64,000 bases of DNA, taken from positions 1,678,199 through 1,742,198 of the forward strand of contig NW_002060945.1 of assembly GCF_000150275.1 (NCBI RefSeq). The letters run 5' to 3'. Both the position numbers and the translations under genes were made by a program. Of the stretch, positions 1-14,139 are shown piece after piece. Numbering within the stretch: the stretch's first letter is position 1; every line of letters begins with the position of its first letter. Under the pieces are notes generated by a model. It did not search any database, had not been told where the DNA came from, and was given only the letters and a program-made list of their open reading frames with translations. This DNA comes from Trichoplax adhaerens (lineage: Eukaryota > Animalia > Placozoa).

Positions 1-948
1 AAGCGTTAAGAAGGCAATTGCAATAGGGTAGAATAAATAGATAACTCAATACTTTGAAATAATATCGGAATTAATTCTTAAATCATTGAAAAAAATGCAG
101 CCATGAATAATACTTAAATATTTTAAGCTAAATATGATACAGATTAATAGAATAAGATCGGTGACCTTTCATTGCTCGGGCGATTAGATCATTGATATGT
201 TTTATTCAATCCTGGAGATTTACTAACCAGTTAAGATGTAAATTAATCATTAAAAAGTTAACTTCATGCTATCATACATTAAATGAATCATTTACATTCG
301 AGATGGAATCGACCACAGTAGGTAAAAGAGAAGCTAAAGTTCTTATAAATGATGGGCCTTACAACAGTTGTCTTTTTACATGTTAGCAGATTTATCAATG
401 ATGACAAAATCTTTTCCTAACTTATCGAGTTAATATCATCTACCCATACAAGGAGTAAATTTCTGAATAGCAAAGGAAATGGTTTGACACCTCCAATAAA
501 TCTAACTGTTTTATATTCCAAGTTGCACTAACATGAAAAACGAATCACTAGTTGATATCTACTGTATGAATATGCACTCAATTATTTCAACTTGACCCTA
601 GCGGTAGCGAATAAACATGCAGCTGGTAATTCTCGCCAGATTATTTCCATTCAATACATCTTGACTCTAAAGTAGTAAATTCTTAAAACTTTTACTGATT
701 AGCAGTCTTATAAAGCAGCGTAAATTCTACAAATAAAAGCTCCAATCTATCAATGTCATCGTCTCTATTTTTGCATTTCATTTTCAGCCTTTTTGTATTT
801 ATTTCGTAGCCATTGATTTACGAATATCATTTTAATCATGTATGCCTAAACAATTCATTCGTTGTTCATCTATTTTATCGATTATCCTAGAACATAGTAC
901 CAAAATGAAGTAGGTAGATTAACATAATTGTTGTTCATTCTATTGCAG

Positions 949-3591
949 CTTCGGGCCCTCCGTACATATGCCTTTGCACGCAAAGTTGCAATGCAGCATT
1001 AAACGAAAGACGCACATGTACAGCTCAAATTAGCTGTTTTCATAGCATTGTTAAGAATAATGCCACTGGAGTTATTGAAGAAAATCATGGCTGTTTCGAT
1101 CATATACTTCAAAGTAAATTTTGTGGCCGCCAAACTCCACTTTCATCGGTGGTGTGTTGTAAAAGTAATTACTGCAATGATAATGTTCATGGAACTGGAA
1201 GCGATAAAATACGTGCTACACTACCAATTACTACACCTACTACAGGTAATAAAAGAAGTAAATCATTCATTTTTATTTAGTAAAGTTAATTGCAATTCTA
1301 TAGCACTGATTGCTCTTTTAATACAAATTAAATGTTAACTGTATGATTTTATCTTTCCTAATATCACTTTCTAGCTGCCACAACAGGCCAAAGTATTGGT
1401 GGATCGGATGGATTTATGCTTGCGTTAACTATTGTTATTCCTGTCTTAGTATTATTACTAGTAGCTGCTATTGCTGTATGGCTTATACGAAGATCGCATC
1501 AACGCCATATGAGAGAATTATCGTCAAACAATTTGAAAGATCTAGAATTAAACCTTAAAGAGCAAGTTCCTTACTACCCACCAGATCGAACAGCAAGGTC
1601 GACCACAGATTATACATCGCAGCAAACTGGTATGCAAACAGAAATGACTTCAGGCAGTGGTTCAGGAGTTCCTCGCCTAGCTACGCGTACATTGGCTAAA
1701 GATGTTAAATTATTAAATGTTGTTGGTAAGTAGAGGCCAAGATAATTTGAAGTTATTGGCTATAATTATTCCATCGGTTTTGACTTTGCTCTTATAAGGC
1801 ACAAATGTACTCAAAACCCAAAGTGCTAGAAATAGATTTGCATAATACTATAAATCGATTTCGATAAGTTTTCCCATCCTAGCATTAAAGTTGCATGACC
1901 CTAGATAATGTGTATCTTAAAGATTCTATAAATTGAGATCTAGTAATATCAGATAGTATTAAAGATCGAAATATCATAAAGTCTTTCATTTGCATTATGG
2001 AATCTTAGCTCAAAGTTTGCTATATCCATTTCTATAAGATACTGCAGTTGTTATATTTAAGTTATAGAAAACAATGTCGTTCACTTTCGCTTCTAAAGAT
2101 GGATGAAATTGAACCAGTTTCTTGTAAAATGCGATTAGAGAGGCATTTTCTAAAGTGTTATGTACTGTATTCTTTCCCGCAGTATCCATTAAAATCAATC
2201 AGAAAGTTTATATCAATGATTTAAATTCGCCTTTTCCTCTTCATACTGTTAATCGATCATTTTCTCACCTATATCTTGATTTGGCTATGATATTATTAGG
2301 TAAAGGTCGTTATGGCGATGTTCGTAAAGCTAAGTATCATGGGCAAAAAGTCGCTGTCAAAATATTTTCTTCGCGCGATGAAAGATCATGGTTACGTGAA
2401 CGGCACATCTATGAAAATGTCCTTACTCGCCATGAAAATGTACTGTGTTATTATGCATCTGATATGACTTCCAGCCAATCCTGCACGCAAATGTGGCTAA
2501 TGACCCAATATCATGAGAATGGATCATTATATGATTATCTACAACGTCAAGTACTTGACCCATTAGAGCTGCTACGTTTAGCTTACTCGGCTTCAAGTGG
2601 TTTAGCCTACTTACATACAGAAATTGTGGGAACGCACGATAAATTAGCTGTGGCACATCGTGATGTTAAAAGTAAAAATATTTTAATTATGGACAATGGT
2701 AACTGTTGTGTGGCTGACATGGGCCTTGCAGTTACATTTAGTTCTGATCGTGGAATCCTTAATCTCGGCGATAATCCTAAAGTGGGTACCAAACGTTACA
2801 TGCCACCAGAAGTTTTAACTGAACGATTCAATCAAGAAAATTTTGATTCATTCCGCAAAATGGATGTTTACTCATTTGGATTAGTTCTATGGGAGATCGC
2901 TAGAAGATGTAAAACAGAATGTAAGTATTCAATGGACGAGAATGAATGATATGGTGAAACTTACTAATTGAATCATCTTACGCTTAAAATGAATAATTAA
3001 CATCTTCTCATTTCTCCTCTTAATGATATAGATGCCGATGCCGATGAATATCAACTACCTTACTTTGGTAAAGTTCCTAATGATCCTTCGGTCGATGAAA
3101 TGAGAAAAATAGTGGTTGAAGATAAAATAAGGCCACAAATACCCAAAAGACTCAAGAACCATGAGGTAAGCGTATTATTTATTTTGGTCACTCCTAAATC
3201 TAACTGTATATCATACCATTAGGATAGGATAGTTTTCGAGATCCGTTATAGTTTCTATGATAATCCGTAAATTAACAGTCATATTACATCGTTTTTTATG
3301 GATAAAATCATTGAAATTAAATCATCTAATTAGATATACAAGATATCATACTTAATTAAGAAGGTTGATCAGCGATTATGCCTTTTATTAATTGTATGGT
3401 TTCTTTCAATTATTCTATTGATGAAATAGATTTTAAGGCCATACTGTAAAGTAATTCGAGAATGCTGGAGCGAGAATCCAAGTTCAAGATTGTCCATGCT
3501 ACGAGTCAAGAAGACATTGATGAAAATGGTCAATAAGCTAGAATTTCAGAAATCGAAAGATTTGGCATCGAGTAATGAGGCAATAGCGTAA
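949..3591 (+). CDS. ACVR1: TGF-beta/BMP type I receptor Ser/Thr kinase, ALK1/2 (ACVR1/saxophone) subfamily; 5'-partial. Exons 949-1245, 1375-1725, 2300-2920, 3032-3165, 3430-3591
   Basis: Cys-rich ectodomain with CCKSNYCN box, TM helix [25 protein letters not shown] box TSGSGSG, kinase motifs [31 protein letters not shown]45 loop [15 protein letters not shown] matches the ALK1/2/Sax type. All junctions are GT-AG and in phase; stop TAA at 3589-3591. No signal-peptide exon was identified in the window. Confidence 0.93.
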
Positions 3592-6500
3592 AATTATAAA
3601 GGCAGTTGATTCAAATATAAATATTTCAGAATTTTATAGACGGCAGCAATGCATCCATCGGATTCCTCGTTTTATTTCTTTTTAATTCGCTTCAAGCTAG
3701 TCATTATTGAGAACTTGATGACAAATGAAACTTATAACCTATTGTGATAAGTATTGTCGTCGTACCCTCTTTGGGTTACTTCTTCATCTTGCGCGTTTAT
3801 TTACTTCTACCTGATAGTTATTCATTATCAGTTAGAAATGTTAATTTGTTTCATTTTTTTTTTACATTTTTTTGAGGGACTTTTTTAGTTTTTAATTAGC
3901 AAAGCTAAAGTTTTGACCAATGCTTCTATTAATGCCATGTTGTGTTCGAGATAGTAGATAATAAGGCTTCTATAAAGCCATTTCTTACCTTTGTGAAATA
4001 TCTGCACTTTATCAGAGTATAACTTTATACTAGTAGAATTGCAGCCATCTCTACTTTTCAGACACTATTTGTCTGATTTATTGATATTATCTTCCTGTAA
4101 ATACCTTTTATATCGCATGTACATCCTACTTGTCATGAGCAAAAATGTAGCGATAACTAGAAAGCGACAATTGAAAGTGATGAAATTAATTTTGGTAGCT
4201 ATATCATATCGTTAAATGATCTGGTATCGCTGATATTGACATATTAGTGTACATAAATTTGCGCGTACTGTACTGTATATACTTATATGAGTATTGATAT
4301 CTCATATACACGTACGTTTATTCCAACATGTAGATATTTCTTACATGTATAATGCATATAAGATTATGTATACAATCCAATTTGTTTGTATTCTGTTTTT
4401 AACTATTAATGATTAAATAATTTACTACTGATAGAAATCAACCTTGTACAGTACAGTATATGATCAATCCTATAGTTACTTGTAGTTTAGCAAATACTAC
4501 GATAATTACTAACATCTCCAAATTGGATAGTAATCCTGTGATCTTTATTTTTTATGCATAATTCTACAGTATCAGATTCTATTGGTCAAAGCTAACCATT
4601 TTAACTATCAAAGTCGGTGTAAAAAATTGCTTTGCTTGGATTATGATTTGTCTAGGTCAAATTACGATATAAAATTTATAAAAAATATCTCTATAAATTT
4701 CTATATACACATACACATATATATTTGTGTATTCACAATCATCAATCGCTAGAAGATATTCTTCTAGCAAACTAAAGATTTCGAAGTATTTTCCTTCAAG
4801 TGTTACATTTATAAATTTTAAGGATTTTCTTTTCTTTTGTTCAAATTTTTTAAGCAATAGCTCTAATCTTACATGTCATCACAATTTCGCATTGTCGATA
4901 AAATGCACAATTTTGCTAAATTTCCTTACACGCTGTACCTGAATAATTAAAATTGTTTTCATTTCCAACAATAACAGTATATGTTCATGTCTTCAAACTG
5001 AAAATTTTATTTTATCATGAACATAAAAATTAATGTATTATATATTATAATTTGTTTGACTGTATTGTTGGCTTCTTAATTTTCGGTCTGTAATATCAAA
5101 TTAACATTGATTTGTAAATATGTAGCTGACAATCACTATCTTCAGTTGAATAAATCGGCTTTCTTAACAATTAATCACATGATGTTGTCTAACGAAGTTG
5201 TGAAAATTGCTTAAATTTAATTGCTATAGTAGTACAGCAGTATCTAAAGCCTAGATCTGCTGTACTAAATTTAAACTACAAATAATCGGTATTGGCGTAT
5301 AATTTAAACACTGATCAAAATCATTTTGATATAGGTGATTATGTTGCTACATTTTATAAAACATTACTGAGACAAACAGAATCAGGTATCGACAAAACTC
5401 TAAGTTTCTAAGAGAAATCCTATGTTCAATTGTTCATTACTCTTTCAACATTACTACCAATTTTAAGAAAGAAGGATGACATGTGCTATGTATATCAACA
5501 TAAAAGTTCCTTTATCGATATCGGACTTTTGGATAAGTTATGCTGCATAACAGTGAAAAACTCAGTAATATTAAATTGATATAAAATTAGTTTTGGGTGC
5601 TATTTATTATGTAACTATGCTGACAATGTCTGGTTTCTTTTTCATTACTTTTAAGTAGCATTACTATCGATAATTCATGGTTACACGTGATTTTAATTCT
5701 AAGTAGCACTTGATAATGAATACCGGTAATTCTTTAGTATTTACAGTTGTGTGGTTGGTTATAATTTTAACCCAAAGCTTGCAAATGTTAAATGAACGAC
5801 TGCGAATATCTGTTGATTGCACCCCTTAAGTCAAATGGAACAAATTATACATGATTATTGCATGAACGTACTACCGTAATGATAAGAAATTAAAAATGAA
5901 CTGCACTTTAGGAATCGTTTTTAAGCCATCATTTTAGCAAGCACTTAAACAAGATACAAAATGATTGTAATATGAACTCTTTTATTTTCTAATAGCTAAT
6001 ATTTAATACAAGGACATGGCAAAATGATGCCGCCTGTATTTTAATATGGTACTATTAACACTCATATTTTATAATAAATACGTGTTCGCACCAAATCAGA
6101 CAATATGCAGCTTAGCAACATGTATAGGCAAGGTTGCTAACAGCAGTATCATTGCTATATATAAACCATAGAATACTCTATGTACTATCACTGGAATTAA
6201 TCGAAGGGATTACTTTCCAAGCTCGATGGTACAATTTAAAAGATATGTCATTATTAACTAATGTAAGACATTGTTACATCACCAGTCATGAGATAAGTTT
6301 TACGAAGCAGAAGTTGCCGCTGCATCAAACATTATATTCGTCACCTATTTTAACTGCAACACGAATACCCTAACTATGAGAAATTTCTTATCATCGGGGA
6401 ATTTAAGAAAAGTTTATATTACAAGTTCAAATTCCAGTCAAGCTTGTTTCATGCAGAAATATATCCAAAGTAAACTCGCCCATAAGTCCACTCGATTGTT

Positions 6501-6714
6501 ATAAAAACAATATGTTAAAAAGCAACATTCAAATGGTATTCTACTGCAATATAAACATTTATATAGTATTAATTCTATATTAATGTCACGATATATGTAC
6601 AAGACGTGAATACAGCATATATAATATATACAGTAGAAAGTACAAGCTATGTGCCAGCGAGGTTTAGCAAAACTGTGAAGTTAAGAATCTTGAATTACGA
6701 GCATTTTAAACAGT

Positions 6715-9700
6715 TTAAATTTTCATATCTCCGCTATGCAACAGACTATGCAATGTCTTCTTTACACGCAACACAGGCAGTCTAGATTCATTGTTGTCCG
6801 ACCAACATTCCCTAATGATCTTGCAAATTGGACTGATGAACTGCATTTCATATAAAAGAACATTTAATTAGGCATTAATGTCTATTTCATCAAAGACGAT
6901 TCAAAACTACACATGCTTCATGTGAAGGCAGCTACAGCGATATGATACCAATATGAAATGGAGATTTATTAATTGACTGTGAACTGTTTTAATAATAACT
7001 TTTAAAATAGGCACACTTACCGGGTGAATCTCCCATTCTTTCTTCAAACGAGGACGTCTCTTACCTACTACAACGACTCTTCTCATCTCTTCTATGCTAG
7101 GATCATGGGGTACCATTTCCGAAAAACAAGGCGCATAATCGTCTGGAGTACCTACAAGATTGTTATACGCGTATAAAGTTAGATTGAAGCAAATACTCTA
7201 CCTTATGAGTTTACACAGATAATATTCAAATTATGAGCGTGAAACCTGTTATGTTACTTCGAGACAAAACTTCCCATAACACTAAACCAAATGAATAGAT
7301 ATCCGCATTTTTAAAAGCGTCGAAGCTTCTCATGTTCAGAGTATCTTCTATGACTTCCGGAGGCATGTAACGTCTTGTGCCAACTCTCTCGTTAGACGGT
7401 ATATCAATAGTATTTGATTTTGAATAATAACACACGGCTAACCCCAAGTCTCCAATTGCACAACTTCCATCTTTCTTTACCAAAATATTATTACTCTTTA
7501 TATCACGGTGAGCAATAGCTGGCTTTCCTACATCATAAAATTTTACTATTATATATCTACAACTAGTTTAACTACATATAACTTACACAAAACGATATAA
7601 TAATATTTAGTGTAATTGTTTCCTATATTCCTTTACCTCTTATCCCTATCATTTCAGTGTGCAGGTGGGCCAATCCACAACAAATTGAATAGGCAATTTT
7701 AAATAATGCTTCTTGATTTAAAGTGGTGTCGGATAGGTAATTAAATAAAGATCCGTTTTCATGATACTCAGTTATTAGCCATAATTCTGTACATGTGCCA
7801 GCGTCCTTGTTATCCGCGGCTATGAACCGAAGAATGTTTTCATGTTGAAGCATAACTACACGATTATAAAAAGTATAGCATTGTATGTCAATTGGGATAT
7901 TGGAGATATCCTTAAAGCAATAGTGTAAATATTCACGTAATACTTTGTCAATTAATCTCTAACTACAGCTTACCAGTTTGATAAATTCTAACTTCTCTCG
8001 ACCAAGAAGCCTCTTCCTTTGATGTGAAAATTTTAACAGCGACATTATCGCCATGAAGATTTCCCAAATATACTGCACCATATCGGCCTTTTCCAATTGC
8101 CGGATACGATATTTTTGTCTTCTTAGCAACCGTCTCTTGCTCCATTATGCGTGAAATACCATTACGTGGGTCCATTGGTAAGGCAGAAGATCCCACACTG
8201 CTTGTTGACGCCCTTCTGCTTTCGGCCACGTTAGTAGGAGGTGGAAAGCAAAAATTCTGAATTGTTGCTAAAATTCGCTTCTTATTGGTTGTACCAGCTT
8301 CACCGTTTTCAAAATCACAGTTGCTAGAAGCGTTGCGTCTTCTCCACCAAATAATAATAACGCCGACCAAGATAGCTAAAAAACCAACTGATATTATAAT
8401 CGCTATTGCACTACTATCGGGATCCGTCGGCATTGATGTTGGATAATCACTCGAGGATTCGGTACTGTTCAATCTAGAAACTGTACCAGCGGTACCTATA
8501 GTATAGTGATATAAACAAAAGCAGACTACAGTAAATTTTTGGACTATAACTACGTTCGTAAGTTCCGTCAAAATTTTTGTTACCAGGAGTAGTAGTTATC
8601 GATGAAGTTCCGTTAATTTTATTGCAAAATTCAGAGTAGCAGCATTTGCCATACTTGGCAGTTAGTAATTTGCACTTTAGAGTCATATGATCTAAAGGAT
8701 CTGAAGGGTTGCCAGAAGTTCGATTAAAGCAGCCAGCTACCCACAGTGAGCCTTCTAATTGTTGGTAGTCGTAATAACAAGCACCGTCAGTATAACAAAC
8801 ATTTCCAAAGCATTGTTGCCCTTCTTCGGATACTCTCTTAATACAATGGCACGGGAAGGCTTTTTTACCTAAGTGGGAGTATAATAGTATAATAAAAAGC
8901 TGTAATATCTAAAAAGTATAAGTATCTAAGAAAAAATGCTAATTCAAAGTGGCATAAAAAAGCGAACTTAAGCTATACTAAAAAACATAATATAATACTC
9001 TGGCTAACAAGGAATGAAGTCTACGATACTGTAAGAGGCTGTAATGATAAAATTTTTAAATCTCTAAAAAATTAGAACTTTGATAGAGTTCATTACTAGT
9101 ATGAATGGTAGATAAACAGTACAATCATACGATATACGTATAATGAATTATACCAGTGTATTACACAAAGTACGTAAAAAGATATAGGGAAATATTATCA
9201 GTAATAACTATCAATAATTCTTATTCTCTCGCAGTAATATGCAAAAGTCGTGCCTCGAATATTAACTATTCGATTGTATTTTCAGAAATCCTTATATATT
9301 CGTTTATACATACGACAGATACAGAAATATTTAATAAGATTTAATTGTATGCTATATCTAAGTAGTCAGCTCTACTGTACAAAGGTTATTTGACCAGTTT
9401 TTATATACTTTTACAGTAGCGTAAAAAAGAAATCCATTGACCCTGAGTACTGTGTAGTATACCGTGCTATATCCGTTCAACATTAGATATAGTTTATATT
9501 AGTTCTAAATTATTTGCTATATAACTGAAAATTGAATACTTAACATTACAGTATTGATAGATACCAATACTAATGATGCATAATATAGTACGCGAAAATA
9601 AGCTACGCATGCATTTACAGGATTAAATTCAACAATAGCAATGATATGGTTTTTAGCAAATGTTTGTTATTATTTTCGATTAATCACAAAGCAATGCCGA

Positions 9701-11883
9701 ATATCCATTACAAAAGTAAGACAATATATTGTTTTCAACATTAATATGTATGTTTAACCGAATCGGTGGCCCTTTACTACCTGGAAGTTGTATAATATTC
9801 ATTATCTTTGAAAATTCATTAATCAATATTGTTTTATAATACAAATTTTTAGTCCATTTGCGTAGTTTCTACTGAAACTTTACCAGTTTATCAAGATAAT
9901 TGGACTTGGGCAATAATTTGCATTATTCTCATGGGAACCTTGTACCTCATTAAATGTTTTTCTTTAAATTTATACTCAAGAAAGGTTAAAAAAAATCAAC
10001 GTAACCGCCAATACTGTAAACTAATGGATGATAAACCTCAATCAACGATTTACAGACTCTTTAAGAAGTATTCTATTACTGCCGTATAAACTGCATCACC
10101 GGATTATACTAAAACTATGAAGTACGGAACTCTCTTCAGCATGTCATTAACTTTTAACCTTTATAAGTAAAAAGATTCAATTATACTTTGTATAATAATA
10201 CGAGTCAAAAACGCTAAGCCAGTAAAGTCTACACAATCTCGATTCATATGTTAGCGTTAACGTATATATGTTGACAGCTTAGGAATTCAATGCATCTATG
10301 TACTCAATTTACGTCTACAAAAGACAGAAATGAACAAAAAAGAATTAATGACTTCATTTTAAAATGTCTGATTAGCATAAAATTATATCTCAAGTAAAAT
10401 CTATATTGCAATATAGTCAGTAATTACGCATTCTTTCTGGTGAAGAGAATATTTTAATGATTGTAATGCAACTGTGGCGTAATTATGTAAAATTAACTCT
10501 ATTTACGAATAGAAAATGGATAACAAACTGTTGTCAGGAGTTAAAGCTTTAACGATAGGTCAAGAATGTACAAGGAGCAGATGTGAAAACGTTAAGAGCG
10601 AGTTTTCGAATTTTTGGCACCATTTAGCATGACTGAAAGAGTTTTTAAAATCACGACCTTACTCTGACTTCTTGTAGAATAGAGTATCCATTGATGGATT
10701 CCAATGTGGAATAATAACTAACGAACTACGTCTGTATGATTGATAGCAAATAAAATTGGCAAAAACGGCTGCAGTATTGGAATCTACTGTTGTAATAGAA
10801 CTATATGAATAATTTAATCATGATAAGATCCGTCATACTTTATTGCTCGCACATACTGTACACTATTATACAGTGATAAACAATGCAATAATACAGATCT
10901 ACTAAAATAGCTCATAACGACTACATTAAGGTAGAATGGCAATTATTCATCGGACACATTTCTTTATACTGATTAATCAAATGATTGTAATCCTTTAATG
11001 TGTAAGAAATCATAGACCGTAGCAATACATACTCAAATTCAATCATAAATTATTAGTCAGCGACGTGAAGTAACCTTTATTGATTTCTAGTAAAAACGTA
11101 ACTTTTAGATACTGTCGTTATGAATCTGGAATAAAATAAGGAAAGTAAATTGACAAATTTCCTATTTTCTGACTTTAATATTAACCTACTGCCGTTTACT
11201 ATCAGACTATCAACTTATCTTTGTTGTTAACATTCAATGCATCCCATTTAGAATACGTAGTATTGAAAATGCATTTCTGATTCAAAGTTGAAATTACCCT
11301 TATTAATTATCAAGAGTACTGTATATCTAGATCCAAGTACATCTACAGTCAGTAAGTAAGTATACTTATAGTACGTATCATCATAGAATTAATATTTTCC
11401 TTACGATAGTAGCATTAATTAATTAAAAGTGCAGAAAGGGTGGAATAAATTGTGTGCTAGGAAATAGCTAGGTTAAGTCAATGGAAGCTTATGATACGAG
11501 TTTTAAAATTATTTGTGCTTTAATTTTCTTTTCAATCATAACTCTCCACTTTTACAATGTAGAGAATAGTAAAAAAGAGATACGATGATCCATCCTTTCT
11601 ATTGCATATTACAAAAACTACTGCCGCAGAAGTTGCTACATCCTTGACAGTAGCTATTGAACTCATTTTGACATGAGTAACCCTATTGCGTTACCAATGA
11701 AAGTGGATTGTAATAACATAAAAAAGTAATCATTTCTACCCATTTGAAGACAACTTTGTGTATATATACAATAATGATCCATCAACAATACTTACTTGGC
11801 GATGTCGGGCCAGTCTGTGCTATTGCCACAGACATTAAAAATAGCAATAGCAATAAAGGCATAGCAAGTTTTTCAGTAAGCAT
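6715..11883 (-). CDS. TGFBR1: TGF-beta/activin type I receptor, ALK4/5/7 (TGFBR1/baboon) subfamily. Exons 11883-11796, 8868-8584, 8495-7974, 7855-7637, 7527-7246, 7151-7021, 6840-6715
   Basis: Signal peptide [22 protein letters not shown], ectodomain with CCYSEFCN box, TM helix followed by WWRRR, kinase motifs [31 protein letters not shown]45 loop [15 protein letters not shown] resembles ALK5 AADNKDNGTWTQLWL. Junctions are GT-AG and in phase. The symbol denotes the ALK4/5/7 group, not one-to-one orthology. Confidence 0.9.
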
Positions 11884-14139
11884 GTCGGCCTTGAATCTTT
11901 CCTACCACCTACAGTATATGCAATCAAAAATGAAGAAATTAGGCAAGATTTTATCTATTAACTAATATTTGATGGAATCATATCTTTGATTGTTGTGCAT
12001 TCTGGTGTTGGGGCTTTAGTTTACAGTAATCATTGTCAAAGTTTGCTGTCTCACTTTATGTCTATAGATTACTCCAATTCTTTGCTACATCTGTATTAAT
12101 AGCGTTATTATTCGTTATCATTTTGATGCCCTTTCAATCAATTTCACTTCAACGTCATAATATCATTAACGCAGTAAAGCAGAGTATGATGATGTCCTCT
12201 AACGATCGTATTGTATTTTCTTTTTGAAAAAAAAACTATACAATCAATCACACAATCGACTGCGCTCTCGAAGTTCCAGAGATTGAAAAAATTGGTCAAA
12301 CATGATGAATGCCGTTTACTTTAATATTATCCATTGCTAGTATCAACTAGATCGTTATGGTATTGAACTAAATTCTAATTTTGAATGAAGCCATTACGTG
12401 ATTGGAATTTGATATTTTGTAGATTCTGTTGTTGTCGATCAAGGAATACAATATTGCATTTGCTGATGTAATAATACAGTAAAGAGAAAAACAGAATTGT
12501 CAATACTACACGGTTTGTGTGCTGGAAACAGTCGTGCAGTAGCGATCACTACGTTGACTGGTATCTTGTGGTAGACATGAAAATTGGACAAGTAACTTAC
12601 TTTTTCTTTTCTGCAATGGACTATTTGAAAAATAACAACGATGTACAATGCATGACGAGTATTCGTCTATAGGATGGAATAATTTACAAGCGTCAGTATA
12701 GAATAGAATTGAATAAACCAATTTTTTCTATTGTATGGAGTGATTATCCGCTATAATCAGGCTTGCAACACACTTAGGTAGATATAAATTGACTTTTCAT
12801 CCCATCGCCATTGGTAGTACTGTATTGAAATAGACTACCAGCTTCGTAGGACCATGGGTAGCTGTTGGTTGTCGTCTTTTCTATCGACATTTTAATTACT
12901 ATCTGCGTGCCTGCCAGTATGATATGTCGATGGATGGATTGCGTTTTTATTCTACTGTAGTATGAAGATGATGACGATGATAGCACAGAGATTAGGAGTC
13001 AGGATGGATGGAAGAGCAAAAAGTGCCATTTAGTGTGGCATTTTCCCCTTGTAATACTACTAGTCGTCTGCGATTCTATACCTCTATTTTATGTATTCTT
13101 CAATGTATTTGCTACATCTTTATATGAATTTTCAATGGCCATTTTTTTCTTGGGTGCGTTGTGCCACATACAGTAGCAAGCTTATGTATCCCCCCCCCCA
13201 AAAAAAATGGATGGTTCCACAATATACACCGTTGAACGACACGATTGCTATCCTGACTTAAAAATAACCTTTAGGATCTTGAAAACGTTGTCTAGACGCC
13301 TATTGAAAAGTCTTTTTTTCCAATTCAAGATCGTGGATAGCTAGGGAATGTGTTGTAGTCATAAAAAGCCATTTTGGATAGGATAGTTGGTGAAAATGGG
13401 ACCATCGCTAGTGACAAGTCAAGTCTACACAACGCGTCGTACAGTCTGAAGCGTTGTATGGGCAAGGTGTTTTAGACAGTATGTTATTCTTCTTCACTTC
13501 CATACAGTATGGTGTTACAAAAAGAGTCACTGATTGAACTTTCTACGTCTCTCTATAGATTGGAAAAACTATCGTCGGATGGAAAAGAAACATGCTTACA
13601 AGACTTGAATCTCTGAATGTATCAAAGAGAGAAAAGAGGGGAAAAAAAAAAAAATAAAAAAAATATCCCCCCCCCCCAAAAAAAAGTCAAGCAATAGAAT
13701 AATGACCAAGGCATTACCCCAATGTTGCAAGTTGTTTTAGCCTTGTTGTACAAGCGTTGGATCCAATCAATGAATAGAGGAATGGCTGGAAAGTTGTTGT
13801 CGCCTTGCCCTTGACAGGCGGTGCAGTCGATAATGTACAATACGGCAAATTTGTCTTGTAATGCTGAAATCGGCAATCCTTTGAAAAAATCGATCACTCC
13901 ATGAGACGAGAAGAATAATTAGAATTAATTAGTGTACAACATTTTGCAGATCGATTAGTTGCACGAGATTGCTGAATATTGCGCCGGCGATTGGATGCGT
14001 TGAGCGATTATGGCGATGACTGGTGAAGATGACTTGAACGCCTTGTCTACTCTGTTATTATCATTGGATGATGGTCCAAACTGGTCAGTATGGGTACAGT
14101 ATGGTACCGCTAGCGATGTGATGGGACGGCAATCTACAG

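Noticed and set aside
2155-2299. N-terminal extension of the 264-aa kinase ORF, and similar ORF tails running past splice donors
   Set aside because: Intronic read-through; canonical splice sites give the conserved protein.
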